DNA of 63,219 nucleotides, the filler included, from Octopus bimaculoides (lineage: Eukaryota), in NCBI RefSeq assembly GCF_001194135.2. It is 5 parts of 4 records of this genome, joined end to end, with 100 filler letters (N's around TTAATTAATTAA, not from the genome) between each part and the next. Parts side by side here need not be neighbours in the genome. Positions count along the whole stretch, not along the records: positions 16,176 to 36,459 come from NC_068983.1; positions 36,560 to 54,563 come from NC_068999.1; 3 more parts are not named here. The stretch is one strand, 5' to 3'. The notes beneath the pieces were generated by a model that saw nothing but the letters and a program-made list of their open reading frames with translations, made no database searches and had not been told where the DNA came from. Both the position numbers and the translations under genes were made by a program. Each line of letters starts with the position of its first letter. The first letter of the stretch is position 1. Shown one piece after another: positions 28,432 through 39,265 of this stretch.

Positions 28432-28690
28432 TAGAGGTACGTGGCTAAGTGGTTAGAGTGTTGTAATCATGATCGTGAGATAGCTTCGACTCATGGACCA
28501 GGTGATCCGTTGTGTTCTTGAGCAAGACACTTCATTTCCAATCGCTAGCTGTCCACTCGACTGGTCAAAATACGTAACCATGCAAGAGGCTGGCATCCTG
28601 TCGAGGGAGGCGGGGAGATACATACGCGACGGAGTCCGGAAAGCCGGGCTTCTTAGCCTTTGACCCGGGAAGGACCTTGGTTCCTTTCTG
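28432..28690 (+). mobile_element. tRNA-derived SINE with a family C head and a V-domain-like tail
   Basis: Head gtggctaagtggttag and central gttcttgagcaagacactt, then ggctggcatcctgtcgaggg, reminiscent of V-domain SINEs (recall, unverified). Similar heads at 13160-13294 (-) and 33835-33997 (-). Confidence 0.6.
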
Positions 28691-28859
28691 ATACATAGAT
28701 ACATACATACACACCCACTCACTTCCCATACACACGGACTCATATACATTCATAACTCATGTCAGCATGGAAATACAGATGTTAAATGTGATGATGATAT
28801 ATGTGTGTGTATGTATGTATGTGTGTGTACATGCTTATATATATATATATATATATATA

Positions 28860-29055
28860 TATGGGAGAATATACAAAAAATAACAACAGACGAGGACAGG
28901 TGGTGTAAATAACAAAAGTATATATTAGTATGACGCTCGGGAATACGGAAAGTCTTTGACGTTTCGAGCTACGCTCTTCAACAGAAAGAATACGGAGACA
29001 AGGAGAAAAACACGGAGAAAAAAAATTGAATAGTGTTCAGTCAACGGTCAATCAT
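28860..29055 (-). mobile_element. Solo Penelope-like terminal (pLTR) fragment
   Basis: Homologous to 15900-16075 (hammerhead, then tacaccacctgtcctcgtctgttg); flanked by (TA)n. Confidence 0.65.
28953..28989 (-). ncRNA. Minimal hammerhead variant (CUGUUGA core) in a Penelope-like terminus
   Basis: UCUUU-CUGUUGA-A-GAGC(gua)GCUC-GAAA-C-GUC-AAAGA. Perfect 5-bp stem I, 4-bp stem II, ACGU helix III, GUC triplet. Confidence 0.7.
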
Positions 29056-29674
29056 ATATATATATANNNNNNNNNNNNNNNNNNNNNNNNNNNNNNNNNN
29101 NNNNNNNNNNNNNNNNNNNNNNNNNNNNNNNNNNNNNNNNNNNNNNNNNNNNNNNNNNNNNNNNNNNNNNNNNNNNNNNNNNNNNNNNNNNNNNNNNNNN
29201 NNNNNNNNNNNNNNNNNNNNNNNNNNNNNNNNNNNNNNNNNNNNNNNNNNNNNNNNNNNNNNNNNNNNNNNNNNNNNNNNNNNNNNNNNNNNNNNNNNNN
29301 NNNNNNNNNNNNNNNNNNNNNNNNNNNNNNNNNNNNNNNNNNNNNNNNNNNNNNNNNNNNNNNNNNNNNNNNNNNNNNNNNNNNNNNNNNNNNNNNNNNN
29401 NNNNNNNNNNNNNNNNNNNNAATTTTCACATTTTTTTTATATGCTAGGCCACTTGGTTTTAAATTGAATTAATATTCACTTTATCACCCTATCCATATAA
29501 ACATATAAAATATATACATATATATATGTATGTATGTTTCTAAATAATCCTTTTCATTATGTCCAAATGTCTTAATAAAAATATGAATCCTTACCTTGGA
29601 AGCTTATTTCCTTGTTAGCTTGTTAATTCATCCAGTGACAAGCCCCGAAGAAATGTGTGTATGTATGTATGTGT

Positions 29675-29709
<35 letters not shown>

Positions 29710-29816
29710 AAGTAACAAACTGAGGATAAGACTTCCTTCAAAGGGGTGTGTTAAACATCCAATTAACTGGTACGCCAGTTGGATACCTTATTAATATTGG
29801 TATAATTCAATTATAA

Positions 29817-30088
29817 AGATAAATTAAATACAGAGATATACTCTTGACAATCCAATAACTTATTTATATTAGAATATTACATTAAACACTATGAACATAA
29901 TATATGACATAATATAATATTATATAATATAAATAATTATAAAAGCCATAAAAGTCCAACAGACGGGTTTCATAATTATTTATGTCATATAATATTATTA
30001 CGTTATGTTATGCTATATTCATAGTATTTAATGTAATATAAATAAATTATTGGATTGTCAATAGAATATCTCTATATTTAATTTATCT
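29817..30088. repeat. Imperfect AT-rich foldback / MITE-like element
   Basis: agataaattaaatacagagatatactcttgacaatccaataa... pairs with ...ttattggattgtcaatagaatatctctatatttaatttatct; arms ~80 bp or more. Confidence 0.85.
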
Positions 30089-30115
30089 GTATATATATGT
30101 ATGTATATGTGTATA

Positions 30116-30340
30116 AAAAGCATAAATGATTTGAAGGAACGCATCACCAACTCCTTTTCACACGTATCACCAGATGTGCTATTACGAGTTCACAATGAAT
30201 TGGGTAAATGTATTGCAATGTGTATTCAAAACAGCGGTAACCATATAGAGATGGTTAAATAAAAAAAAACTGTTCGTATAAAGGATTTCTTATAAAAAAG
30301 ACAAATTGTTTCTATGTATGGCGAGTTTCGAATCACCCTG
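30116..30340 (+). mobile_element. Tc1/mariner 3' end (transposase C-terminus plus TIR)
   Basis: KSINDLKERITNSFSHVSPDVLLRVHNELGKCIAMCIQNSGNHIEMVK*, then the TIR-like end tttcgaatcaccctg followed by TA. Confidence 0.7.
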
Positions 30341-30635
30341 TATAATAATAATGGAATATAGATAAAAACGGTTTCGTTTTAAATTAAAATATGGTATAGA
30401 GAAACTAACGGGCATTAAATAGACTTTTGGATTACACGTTAGAAGAAAATACAATTTTCCAATAATAAGTTTGAAAATGGTTAAATTCAATGAATATAAA
30501 TTAATTTATTAATTATTTAACATTGCCTACAACTGCTTCATTTCGCACCCAATTTAAATCACAAAACATTTAATAATATAAGTTTGCATTTTGAGTAGTC
30601 CGGCTGGAAGATCTCCGGGGCAAACTGCACATTAT

Positions 30636-30700
30636 AGAGTTTACATTTTGATAAATTTAAATACTCCAGGAGTATTTCAAATGATCAAAATGTAAACTCT
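30636..30700. repeat. 32-bp-arm palindrome with a 1-nt spacer
   Basis: agagtttacattttgataaatttaaatactcc-a-ggagtatttcaaatgatcaaaatgtaaactct; arms ~90% matched. Confidence 0.85.
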
Positions 30701-32059
30701 GTTTTGAAATTTATCAATAATATTCGATGTTTCATAATATATTTATTGAAGAATTATCTCTTCAAAATGTATTATATTAAACCAGGGTCTCTTGGATAAA
30801 ACTATCCCTATAAGAGGTTTCAAGTTTTGTTTTTGATGTCCTCTACCCATATATGCATGTATATAGAAAACGAACTTTTTTCGAACAATGAAAGAAACAA
30901 ATAGAGAAATGAGACAGGCAACATAAAGAATATTCCCTTCATCAGCTGTACCCTGTTTTATCTACTCCATGGTTCGAAGGTAGGGACAAGACATGACTTC
31001 ATTAAAACAGTCCTTCCCGCAAAGCAAATTAAATAAAATTTGAGGTGTTTTGTGGAGACAGACACACACAGAGGGAGAGAGAGAGAGAGAGATTGTATTC
31101 TAGAAGAGTCTTATTAAAGCCTATTATCACATCTCCCGGTTATAGTTGATTTTTTTTGGCTTTTCAGTTATATTCCCAGATATTTCTGTTTCTCTTTTTC
31201 TCTAAACTTCCTTAAGATTTTCAAAACATGAAAGACCAACCTCCTGAGAAAATGCATGGCGGGAAATATAGTGTAATGCTTGAGCTGAAAGGAAGGGAAA
31301 TATAGGAATATCAGCACAACTTATATAGGTGAAATGGCTTGTAGTATAGGTGGCAGGATCGCAGGACACAGGCATGAACACAACAAAATGTAGTGAGCAT
31401 TCATATTTTATCAACATGCACACATAACCATTAGATTAATGTGTATAAAATAAAGTTTGTGTTAATAGTCAAAAACTCCAGTGTTAAAATAGATTATTGA
31501 GGCTGTACGAATACAGGAAGCAGATATTACCCTCTCACACATATACATACACACAGTAGAATGTATAAATAGAATAACAACATTCTCATAACCGCCACAC
31601 AGCGCCACATAATGTAATACAGTCATGCTGCAGCTAGAGAACCTGAAAAGCAACAGATACATTCTGTTTTCTTTTTCTGAACACCATTTATGGCCGAAAT
31701 TGCCATTTCATCCCTTTATTCGCTCTATTAGTTATCTACAACAGCCATAATGTTCAGTTCTTCACAGTGGTCCCTAACTGTAAACTTACCTTTCCAATCA
31801 TTTACTTTTATGAATTGTTTCAAGGTTCTTGGATTTAATATTCCTTGAAGTTAGTTAGCACACCTTGGTCTATTGGCTAGAGGAAAAACTTTTTTCTTGA
31901 GGATATATTTTGCACAGTAACATTATCAGAAAGTGTGTTTAAGTTCATTGTGTTGCTTAGTGTATTGTATAATATGAATAGCACCTTGTTGGAAATATTA
32001 CACTCGGCATAGAAAGCTGTTGAAAAATCACCTAGGAAGAGAAGGCCTCAAACACGGAG

Positions 32060-32185
32060 GTCCTTTCTCGAATTGGTCTAGACAGGTGATTCCCCAAGAG
32101 TTTGTACGACAGTGAACTTGTGGGAAGCACGCACATGCCAGATGGACGGAAAAAGTGCTTCAATGATGTACTCAAAGTTTTACTG
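32060..32185 (+). mobile_element. RTE-like LINE C-terminal remnant
   Basis: LYDSELVGSTHMPDGRKKCFNDVLK resembles the RTE consensus LLYGEL..GKR..GRP.KR..D.LK. Confidence 0.55.
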
Positions 32186-32310
32186 AGAACCCAGGTTCGA
32201 AATTTCCCCAAGACACCTGATGAAGGCTGGAGGATATATCAGCCGAAACGTTGTGTTAACAGCAAACAAGATAAGCACAAATATCCGTCAAATGTAAATG
32301 ATGTAAATAA
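32186..32310 (+). mobile_element. Fragment of a hammerhead-containing non-autonomous retroelement
   Basis: Carries the 32212 hammerhead. Its tail atatccgtcaaatgtaaatgatgta recurs at 51373-51397 (24/25 identical). Confidence 0.55.
32212..32257 (+). ncRNA. Minimal type I hammerhead ribozyme motif, canonical core
   Basis: GACAC-CUGAUGA-A-GGCUG(gaggauauau)CAGCC-GAAA-C-GUU-GUGUU. Stem I GACAC/GUGUU, 5-bp stem II, loopless ACGU helix III, cleavage triplet GUU. Confidence 0.75.
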
Positions 32311-32329
32311 CGAAATTAGGAAGTTGTGA

Positions 32330-32600
32330 TGTATATGGCTTTTGCAAGAGTATTAGCTGGTGCCAGCATTGTAATACGTCAGCTTCAACATTCGATCCTT
32401 GGAAGACGAGAGGTTGGGAAGAAAAAGTCCAACTTGCTAGTTTCAATTCAGTTGTCCTGCCTATCCTCATCTATAGTTATGAACGGCACAAAGGACATAG
32501 GATTAGAATATCGGTTCTTCAAGTCGGGCTTACGAGAAGGAAACGAGATGGTTGAATAATATACATTGTCTTGGTTGATTATGGGAATCCAGTCTGATAT
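32330..32600 (+). mobile_element. RTE-like LINE remnant
   Basis: FNSVVLPILIYSYE motif, compared with the RTE consensus FNxxVLPxLLYGxE. Confidence 0.4.
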
Positions 32601-33111
32601 AGCAGTGGTGATAGAACTCTATGGAGAGCTCTACTCCCACGACCCTGTCAGGAATAGTGGGCGAGGAAAATGAATGGACGGGTAGTAGTTTGAAGGTAAA
32701 TAAGACAGAATTGAAAGGAAATACGAGAGGAAATTATATCCAACTTATAAGCCTAACTCCTCTAGGGTATTAAAGTTTACTTTACTCTAGTCGATATCAT
32801 CATAAATATTATTACGATGTGACTATAAAACAGAAGATGAATAAAATGAAATAATATTTCAAAAACGAAAAACCGAATTAAACAAGAAAAAGAATTTACT
32901 GTTGTTTTCTAGTTCCATGAAATTCTTCTTTTTTTTCTTCATAGATTACTAATCATTGATAACAATAAATCTTGGTTCAAGATATTTGAATGTAGTTTCT
33001 TTTATGTTATTTTATTTTATTCTTAAGTGAAAAGAAACTGCCAACACAATTTATGAAGCAGAAGCGAATACATCTCTCGATATTTTCAGATTGAGAGAGA
33101 AGTGTAAAAGA

Positions 33112-33160
<49 letters not shown>

Positions 33161-33324
33161 GAGGGAGGGACAGATAGAGACAGACAGGCAGGCAGGCAGA
33201 GGGAAGTAGGAAGTGGGGAATGTTAAGAGAAAGAATAAGGAAATAGAAAGTAAAAGAAGAAATGTTCAATTATATAATACAATAAAAGGAGAGATCAAGA
33301 GAAAGACGTTATTAAGTCGAAGCG

Positions 33325-33830
33325 ATGAGGCAGCGAGCTGGCAGAAACGTTAGCACGCCGGGCGAAATGCTTAGCTGTATTTCGTCAGCCGTTACGTTCT
33401 GAGTTCAAATTCCGCCGAGGTTGACTTTGCCTTTCATCATTTCGGGGGTCGATTAAATAAGTACCGGTTAAGTATGATCGACTTAATCCGTTTGTCTGTC
33501 CTTATTTGTCCCCTCTGTGTGTGTGGTCCCTTGTGGGCAGTAAAGAAATAAGAAACGTTAGCACGCTGGGCGAAATGCTTAGCTGTATTTCGTGTGTCTT
33601 TACGTTCTGAGTTCAAATTCCGCTGAGGTCGACTTTGCCTTTCATCCTTTCAGGGTCGATAAATTAAGTACCAGTTGCGTACTGGGGTCGATCTAATCGA
33701 CTGGCTCCTTCCCCCAAAATTTCAGGCCTTGTGCCTAGAGTAGAAAAGAAAAAAATAATTTTAAGGCGGTGAGCTGAGAGAAACGTTAGCACACCGGGTG
33801 AAATGCTTAGCAGTATTTCGTCTGTATTGT
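33325..33830 (+). mobile_element. SINE family B dimer plus a third truncated head
   Basis: Same dimer junction as 10705-11135, at ~33545-33560. Confidence 0.85.
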
Positions 33831-35343
33831 GGTGAAAGAGTACACAGCAGGGTTCGCCACCATCCCCTGCCGGAGCCTCGTAGAGCTTTGGGTGTTTTCG
33901 CTCAATAAACACAGACAACGCCCGATCTGGGAATCGAAACCGCGATCCTACAACTGCGAGTCCACTGCCCTAACCCCTGGGCCATTGCGCCTCCACTTTG
34001 AGAGACGTAGGTAGCAACTCTACCGAAAGTAATGGGTTGTTGCCGCCTCGACGTGGTTGTTCTGCATTGAACAATGATACTACTCTTTTTAACCCCAGGA
34101 GGACATCTCCTCCATCTAGTTAACGACACACTATCTGTGTCCGTTATATTGCTAAATCCTTAATCTTCTTTAAAAACAAAACTTGATAATTTGCTAAGCG
34201 ATTACGTGCCACAGAAGAATACCGTGAGGAACACAAAGCTATAATTCAACTTTTAGACTGAATCATAGTCTTGTCTTCTACATTTTGGCTCCAATTGATT
34301 CTCTGAAGCATGGAAAAGCTTAGAATGGGCTTTAAAGGCTATCTTTTTCGAAAACAAGAACGCAAACCACTGAATGCGTGTCAGCTTGTTTTGTAGTATT
34401 TAAATCTACAGTAGTAGTATTTAAATCAGCCCAAGGGTGAAAGGGAAACTCAGCCTTTGATTTGAATTCAGAACGTAATTAGTTGGAAGAAATTGCGCTC
34501 TAAGCATTTTGTCCGACGCGCTCACGTTTCTGCCAGCTCGCTGCCCTTTTTAAATCTACAAAAATTGGTTTCAGATTTGACACAAGTCCAGCAGTTTCAA
34601 GGGAGAGGGATAGTCGATTACATCGACCTCAGTACTTGAGTAGTACTTATTTTATAGACCCCTAAGAGATGAAATGCAAAGTTAACCCCGAACGCAAGGA
34701 CAGACGAAATGCAGCTAAACATTTTGTCCGATGTGCTCAATATTCTGTCAGCTCGCCGCCTTTATTTAAAGCAACAAATATACCATTCTAAATAAATGCA
34801 ATGACATGCAAATATGAGGAATTCCACCCCTTATTGATACTTTGAATTAATAACATTGAATATTGAATGGCCAACCAACAAGAAAATGTTTTACAACAGA
34901 AACGTCCAAATTGTTGCTTTGCCTGCAAATAGATTAACCTTTTCATTAAAGAGATCCTTAAGGAGTTCGTTTTTATTCTCAAAAGTGGAAAGGGTTTCCT
35001 AAGTATAAATATTTAGTTAAATATGATATTAAACCCAATTTAATTCTTTTTAGAGAAAAGAGTTAAACATGGTTGGGATCGAACCTTGTTACTCCACTTA
35101 ACATAAATTCTTCCAAGTGACAAAAGGAAATAATAATATCACCCCTTTTAAGAGTTTTGAAGAAAGTAATATTGTTCTGTCAAATATTATAATTATTAAA
35201 TTTCTGGCTTATTTTCAATTCTTATAATTAACGAAAGGAATTATATTATTTTTAAAATGTTTATATGTATATAAACCATGCATAATGTGTGAAAGTAGAG
35301 GTACAAAACAACTGTCATTTTGAAACAATATTGCCTTCTAAAC

Positions 35344-36021
35344 ATGGCGTTGACTTATCGAGCAAAAGTTGTTAAATATGTCCTGTTATGTTTGAATAGC
35401 TTTCTTTTCTTTCTAGGTTTGTCTGGCATTGTTACCTGTTATTGTACCAATCGCAATAAAGAAGTGGTCTTTGAAAATATAAACAAATTAAATCCAACTG
35501 ATAACCAATTTCGCGACTACAGATTAACAGCTAGTGCTTATCTTCTGGTTTCTTCTACTTTGATAATGCTAACTTTGACTATCTTGGGCTATTGTGGAAC
35601 GCTGAAGGAACTCAAGTTCTTGCTTGTTGTCTATGTTTTCTCCATGGCATTTATTTTGGCAATTGAGTTATCTGCTTTCCTGTTAAATGTCATCACTATG
35701 TCAACAATCGAATATTCCATGAAAGACACTTTGGAAAACATAATAAAAAATGCTACGCTGAATAATACTTTGAAAGAGCAAATTAAAATGTTCCAGAACT
35801 TAACAAAATGTTGTGCCATTAGTCACAGAGATAAGGAAGTGAATTCTACCGCAAAATGCGACCTCTATACACAAGACTGTTACGAAAAAATTTCGTACAT
35901 CTTAACTGAAAATGACGCAGTTGTTTCAACTTTTTCTTTCATAATTTTTACCATTCAATGTGTTCTAATGATATTAGCTTATGTTTTTATAAGTTCAATA
36001 AGCATTCACCAACAACATTAA
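35344..36021 (+). CDS. Single-exon divergent tetraspanin (225 aa)
   Basis: ATG at 35344 to TAA at 36021, uninterrupted. Four hydrophobic segments: YVLLCLNSFLFFLGLSGIV; AYLLVSSTLIMLTLTILGYCG; FLLVVYVFSMAFILAIELSAFLL; VVSTFSFIIFTIQCVLMILAYVFI. GYCGTLKE matches the family TM2-TM3 motif GCxGAxxE, and there is a Glu in TM3. The large loop has CC(A) plus two further Cys (KCD, DCY). Confidence 0.9.
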   Translation: MALTYRAKVVKYVLLCLNSFLFFLGLSGIVTCYCTNRNKEVVFENINKLNPTDNQFRDYRLTASAYLLVSSTLIMLTLTILGYCGTLKELKFLLVVYVFSMAFILAIELSAFLLNVITMSTIEYSMKDTLENIIKNATLNNTLKEQIKMFQNLTKCCAISHRDKEVNSTAKCDLYTQDCYEKISYILTENDAVVSTFSFIIFTIQCVLMILAYVFISSISIHQQH

Positions 36022-36559
36022 AACAGCATTCAAAGTGTGTTTGCGGGGGTTTCCCCGGTCATTATGTCTAAATTCGATTAACACATAATAGGATTCTTCT
36101 TCAAAGCGTACCTCTTAAGATATAATTGTCTTTGTACTATAAAATTCTTAAGTTTTTCCATTAAATGGCTACGATTTGCTACGATTTGCAATTGTTTCTT
36201 AGGTTCAGATGGAGGATATGTAAACGGAACCCTTCCCCCCTTAATTTTTTTTTTACAGAATCTCACGTTTTAGGCTATGGAGATTCCGAATCTGAGAAAA
36301 AATTTTCAAAAATCGAAACTTCAATATTTTATTTTCCCCGCCTCCTCCCCAGATCTTCATTTTTTTACTTTTTCTGGATTTTTTTTTTTTTTTTTTTTGG
36401 CGAAATACGTACAAAAATACGGAGAGAATAGGGAGATTATGATTCTGAAAAAAAAAAAANNNNNNNNNNNNNNNNNNNNNNNNNNNNNNNNNNNNNNNNN
36501 NNNTTAATTAATTAANNNNNNNNNNNNNNNNNNNNNNNNNNNNNNNNNNNNNNNNNNNN

Positions 36560-36606
<47 letters not shown>

Positions 36607-37626
36607 GTATTTCTCCAATAAATAAATGAACCTTGAAAAATTTGTTTTACAACACATTCTGAGTTCAGAGTCTCAATATTATTATTTTTAGCATCATTAT
36701 CATCATCATCATCATCGTCATCATCAATAGCCATATTTAGAATTGTCGCCCTCATGTTAATTCTAAGAATATTGATGAAAGTCCTGCAAGTATCTGAAGA
36801 ACTTTGTCACAGTCAGTTCAAACATAGCTGAATACATTTTTATAAAATTTCCTGGCAAGTTTTACTGCCACAAGTGAACAACTTTGTGATCATCAGAGAG
36901 CAGTGTGAAACTTTACCTGGCAATTTCACAAATTTTATTATTATTATTATGATTTATAATTTTTTTTTTGTTCTGTTTTGTTTTGAGCTATATTAAAATC
37001 CTATATTTTAAAAAATCACATGAAATAAAAACACCGCACACCAATCAGAACACACATCATTTCTGCCTGTTCTTCTATTTAATTGTTCATTAGAATTAAA
37101 TGCACTATGCCTCATTAATTGTGTTTTAAACTGTATCAAATGTACATCGAATACAAATGTTTTTAAGAGATAATTTGATTGAAATACATGCCTTAGTCAA
37201 ATCTAAATAATATGTATCTTAAGGTATAGTTGCAAGTTTGACACACATTTCAGTTTATATTCTTGCCACTAATGGGGTTTTTTTTTTCTCAAATCAAATT
37301 GCATTGTATATAGCCTTCATCATCAGGAGAGGTACACACTTGGTTTTCTGCAAACTGTAAAGATGCTTCTTTCACTTTACTACCTTGGGATGCTATGACA
37401 ACAACAATGTAGATGATTTGATTTGAAGAATGTATGAGAACCATCTATATTATGGTTAGTTTTTCTCAAGAGTTCCACACAAATACAGAGAAATCTTAAG
37501 GAGTTTCTCATTTGTTCCGGAGACATTTTGATAGAGTATGCAACTGCTTGTAACTGAGTGTGTGTGTAAACATGCAACTATAGATATAGATATATATATA
37601 TGTCAATGTATGTTTGTGTGTATATG

Positions 37627-37669
<43 letters not shown>

Positions 37670-38282
37670 TCATATGCACATGCATATATACTCACACATA
37701 CATATACAAACATATGCACACTTACAAATACGTACATACAACTATATGCCTACACACACACATATACAAACATACACACAGACATATATACAGTCATACA
37801 TATATACACACTTGCATATAAACATATATATATATTTACAACGAAGCATATTTGTATATAGTCATATATATATATATGTGTCTACATGTTTGTGTGTGTC
37901 TCTTTGTGTTCCTCTGTGCATGTGTGTGTATGCCTATAAATATATATATATATACATACATATATATATATATATTGAGAGAGCTATTCAGAACTAGTGA
38001 TACAAGAACTTTATAAGCAGACTACATGATGCCTGTGTCACTCAATAACCAATAACATTACTGGTGCTGGCAATTCAGTAAGGTGTATAGTTTGAAGTCA
38101 CCAAGGTACACATACACACATCCATAGATATATGCACACAGTATACACACAGATTCATATATACATATAGGTATATATGTTTATATATACTGATAGAATA
38201 ATAATAATAATAAGAAGAAGAATAATAATAATAGTGATAATGATGATGATGATGTATGTATGTATCGATGTTTGTATATGTA

Positions 38283-38323
<41 letters not shown>

Positions 38324-39233
38324 CACACACACACACACATTTATGCATACATACACAAATGCATATTTACATGTCTATATGTGTGCTATATGTGTATACA
38401 CACACATTAATATTTATGTATGTTTATATGTGTGTGTGTGTGTGTATGAATATATATATATACATATGAGTATGCTTGTATGTGATGATGCCATCATCTG
38501 TGAAACTGAGTGGGTGTACATGGTAGTTGTGGGTGTATAAGCAAGTGGGGGTTTCTCTCACTATGGCCATAGAACTTTAAACGAGCAGCTACAGAAATTT
38601 CATCTTTTTTTGGGGGGTTTTTTTTTTGCTTTCTATTTAGTTTTATGATAATAAGGAGTTGCGATAGCCGAGCAGATAAAGAGTTGGCCCCCCCCCCCCC
38701 CCCTCTGACGAAATCGTCACTTTGCATCCTGTGTCACAGGCGCCAAAATCACTACTTGGCTGGGCATGAACACCACTGCTTCTCCACACTTACATGACAG
38801 CACAGCAGGTAAGAATAGAGATGGTGAGCAAGTTAGTTGTGGAGCAACAAACAAAATGGAAATTGACAAGAAGTTTGACGGTCTACTATGCCGAGAGTTT
38901 AATAATCCGACTCGTATTTTGACACACGAAGGAATTAATTAAAGGAAACATTTAAATAGCATCTATGTTGTTTCTACGTACATATTTACCGAAATCACTC
39001 TTAAATAACCCAGATCTTACATCGATATATATATACATGCATACATCTACGTCAATAGTGAGATGTATATAAATGCTTTAGAAAACAAACAGAACATATC
39101 AGCTGTCCACACAGACAAACCAGCCAGCTAACCAGCCAGCCAGCCAGCATTTTATAGCATTGCATGACTCCACCACACTCTCTTCTTTTCTCGCTTCTAT
39201 TTAGCTCCCATCACATATGAAGCCTATGCAACT

Positions 39234-39239
39234 TTTATT
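39234..39239 (-). terminator. Candidate polyadenylation signal AATAAA of the BCOR-like gene
   Basis: AATAAA on the minus strand about 27 nt downstream of the stop codon. Confidence 0.45.
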
Positions 39240-39265
39240 TCTAAGCTAATTCTTGTACATTTTGG

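Noticed and set aside
30880-31030. CTGATGAAG on the minus strand within a dispersed repeat
   Set aside because: No downstream GAAA or helix III in this copy.
35320-35343. TTG start suggested by the ORF track for the tetraspanin
   Set aside because: Eukaryotic gene; the in-frame ATG at 35344 has good Kozak context (aacATGG) and gives a normal N-terminal length.
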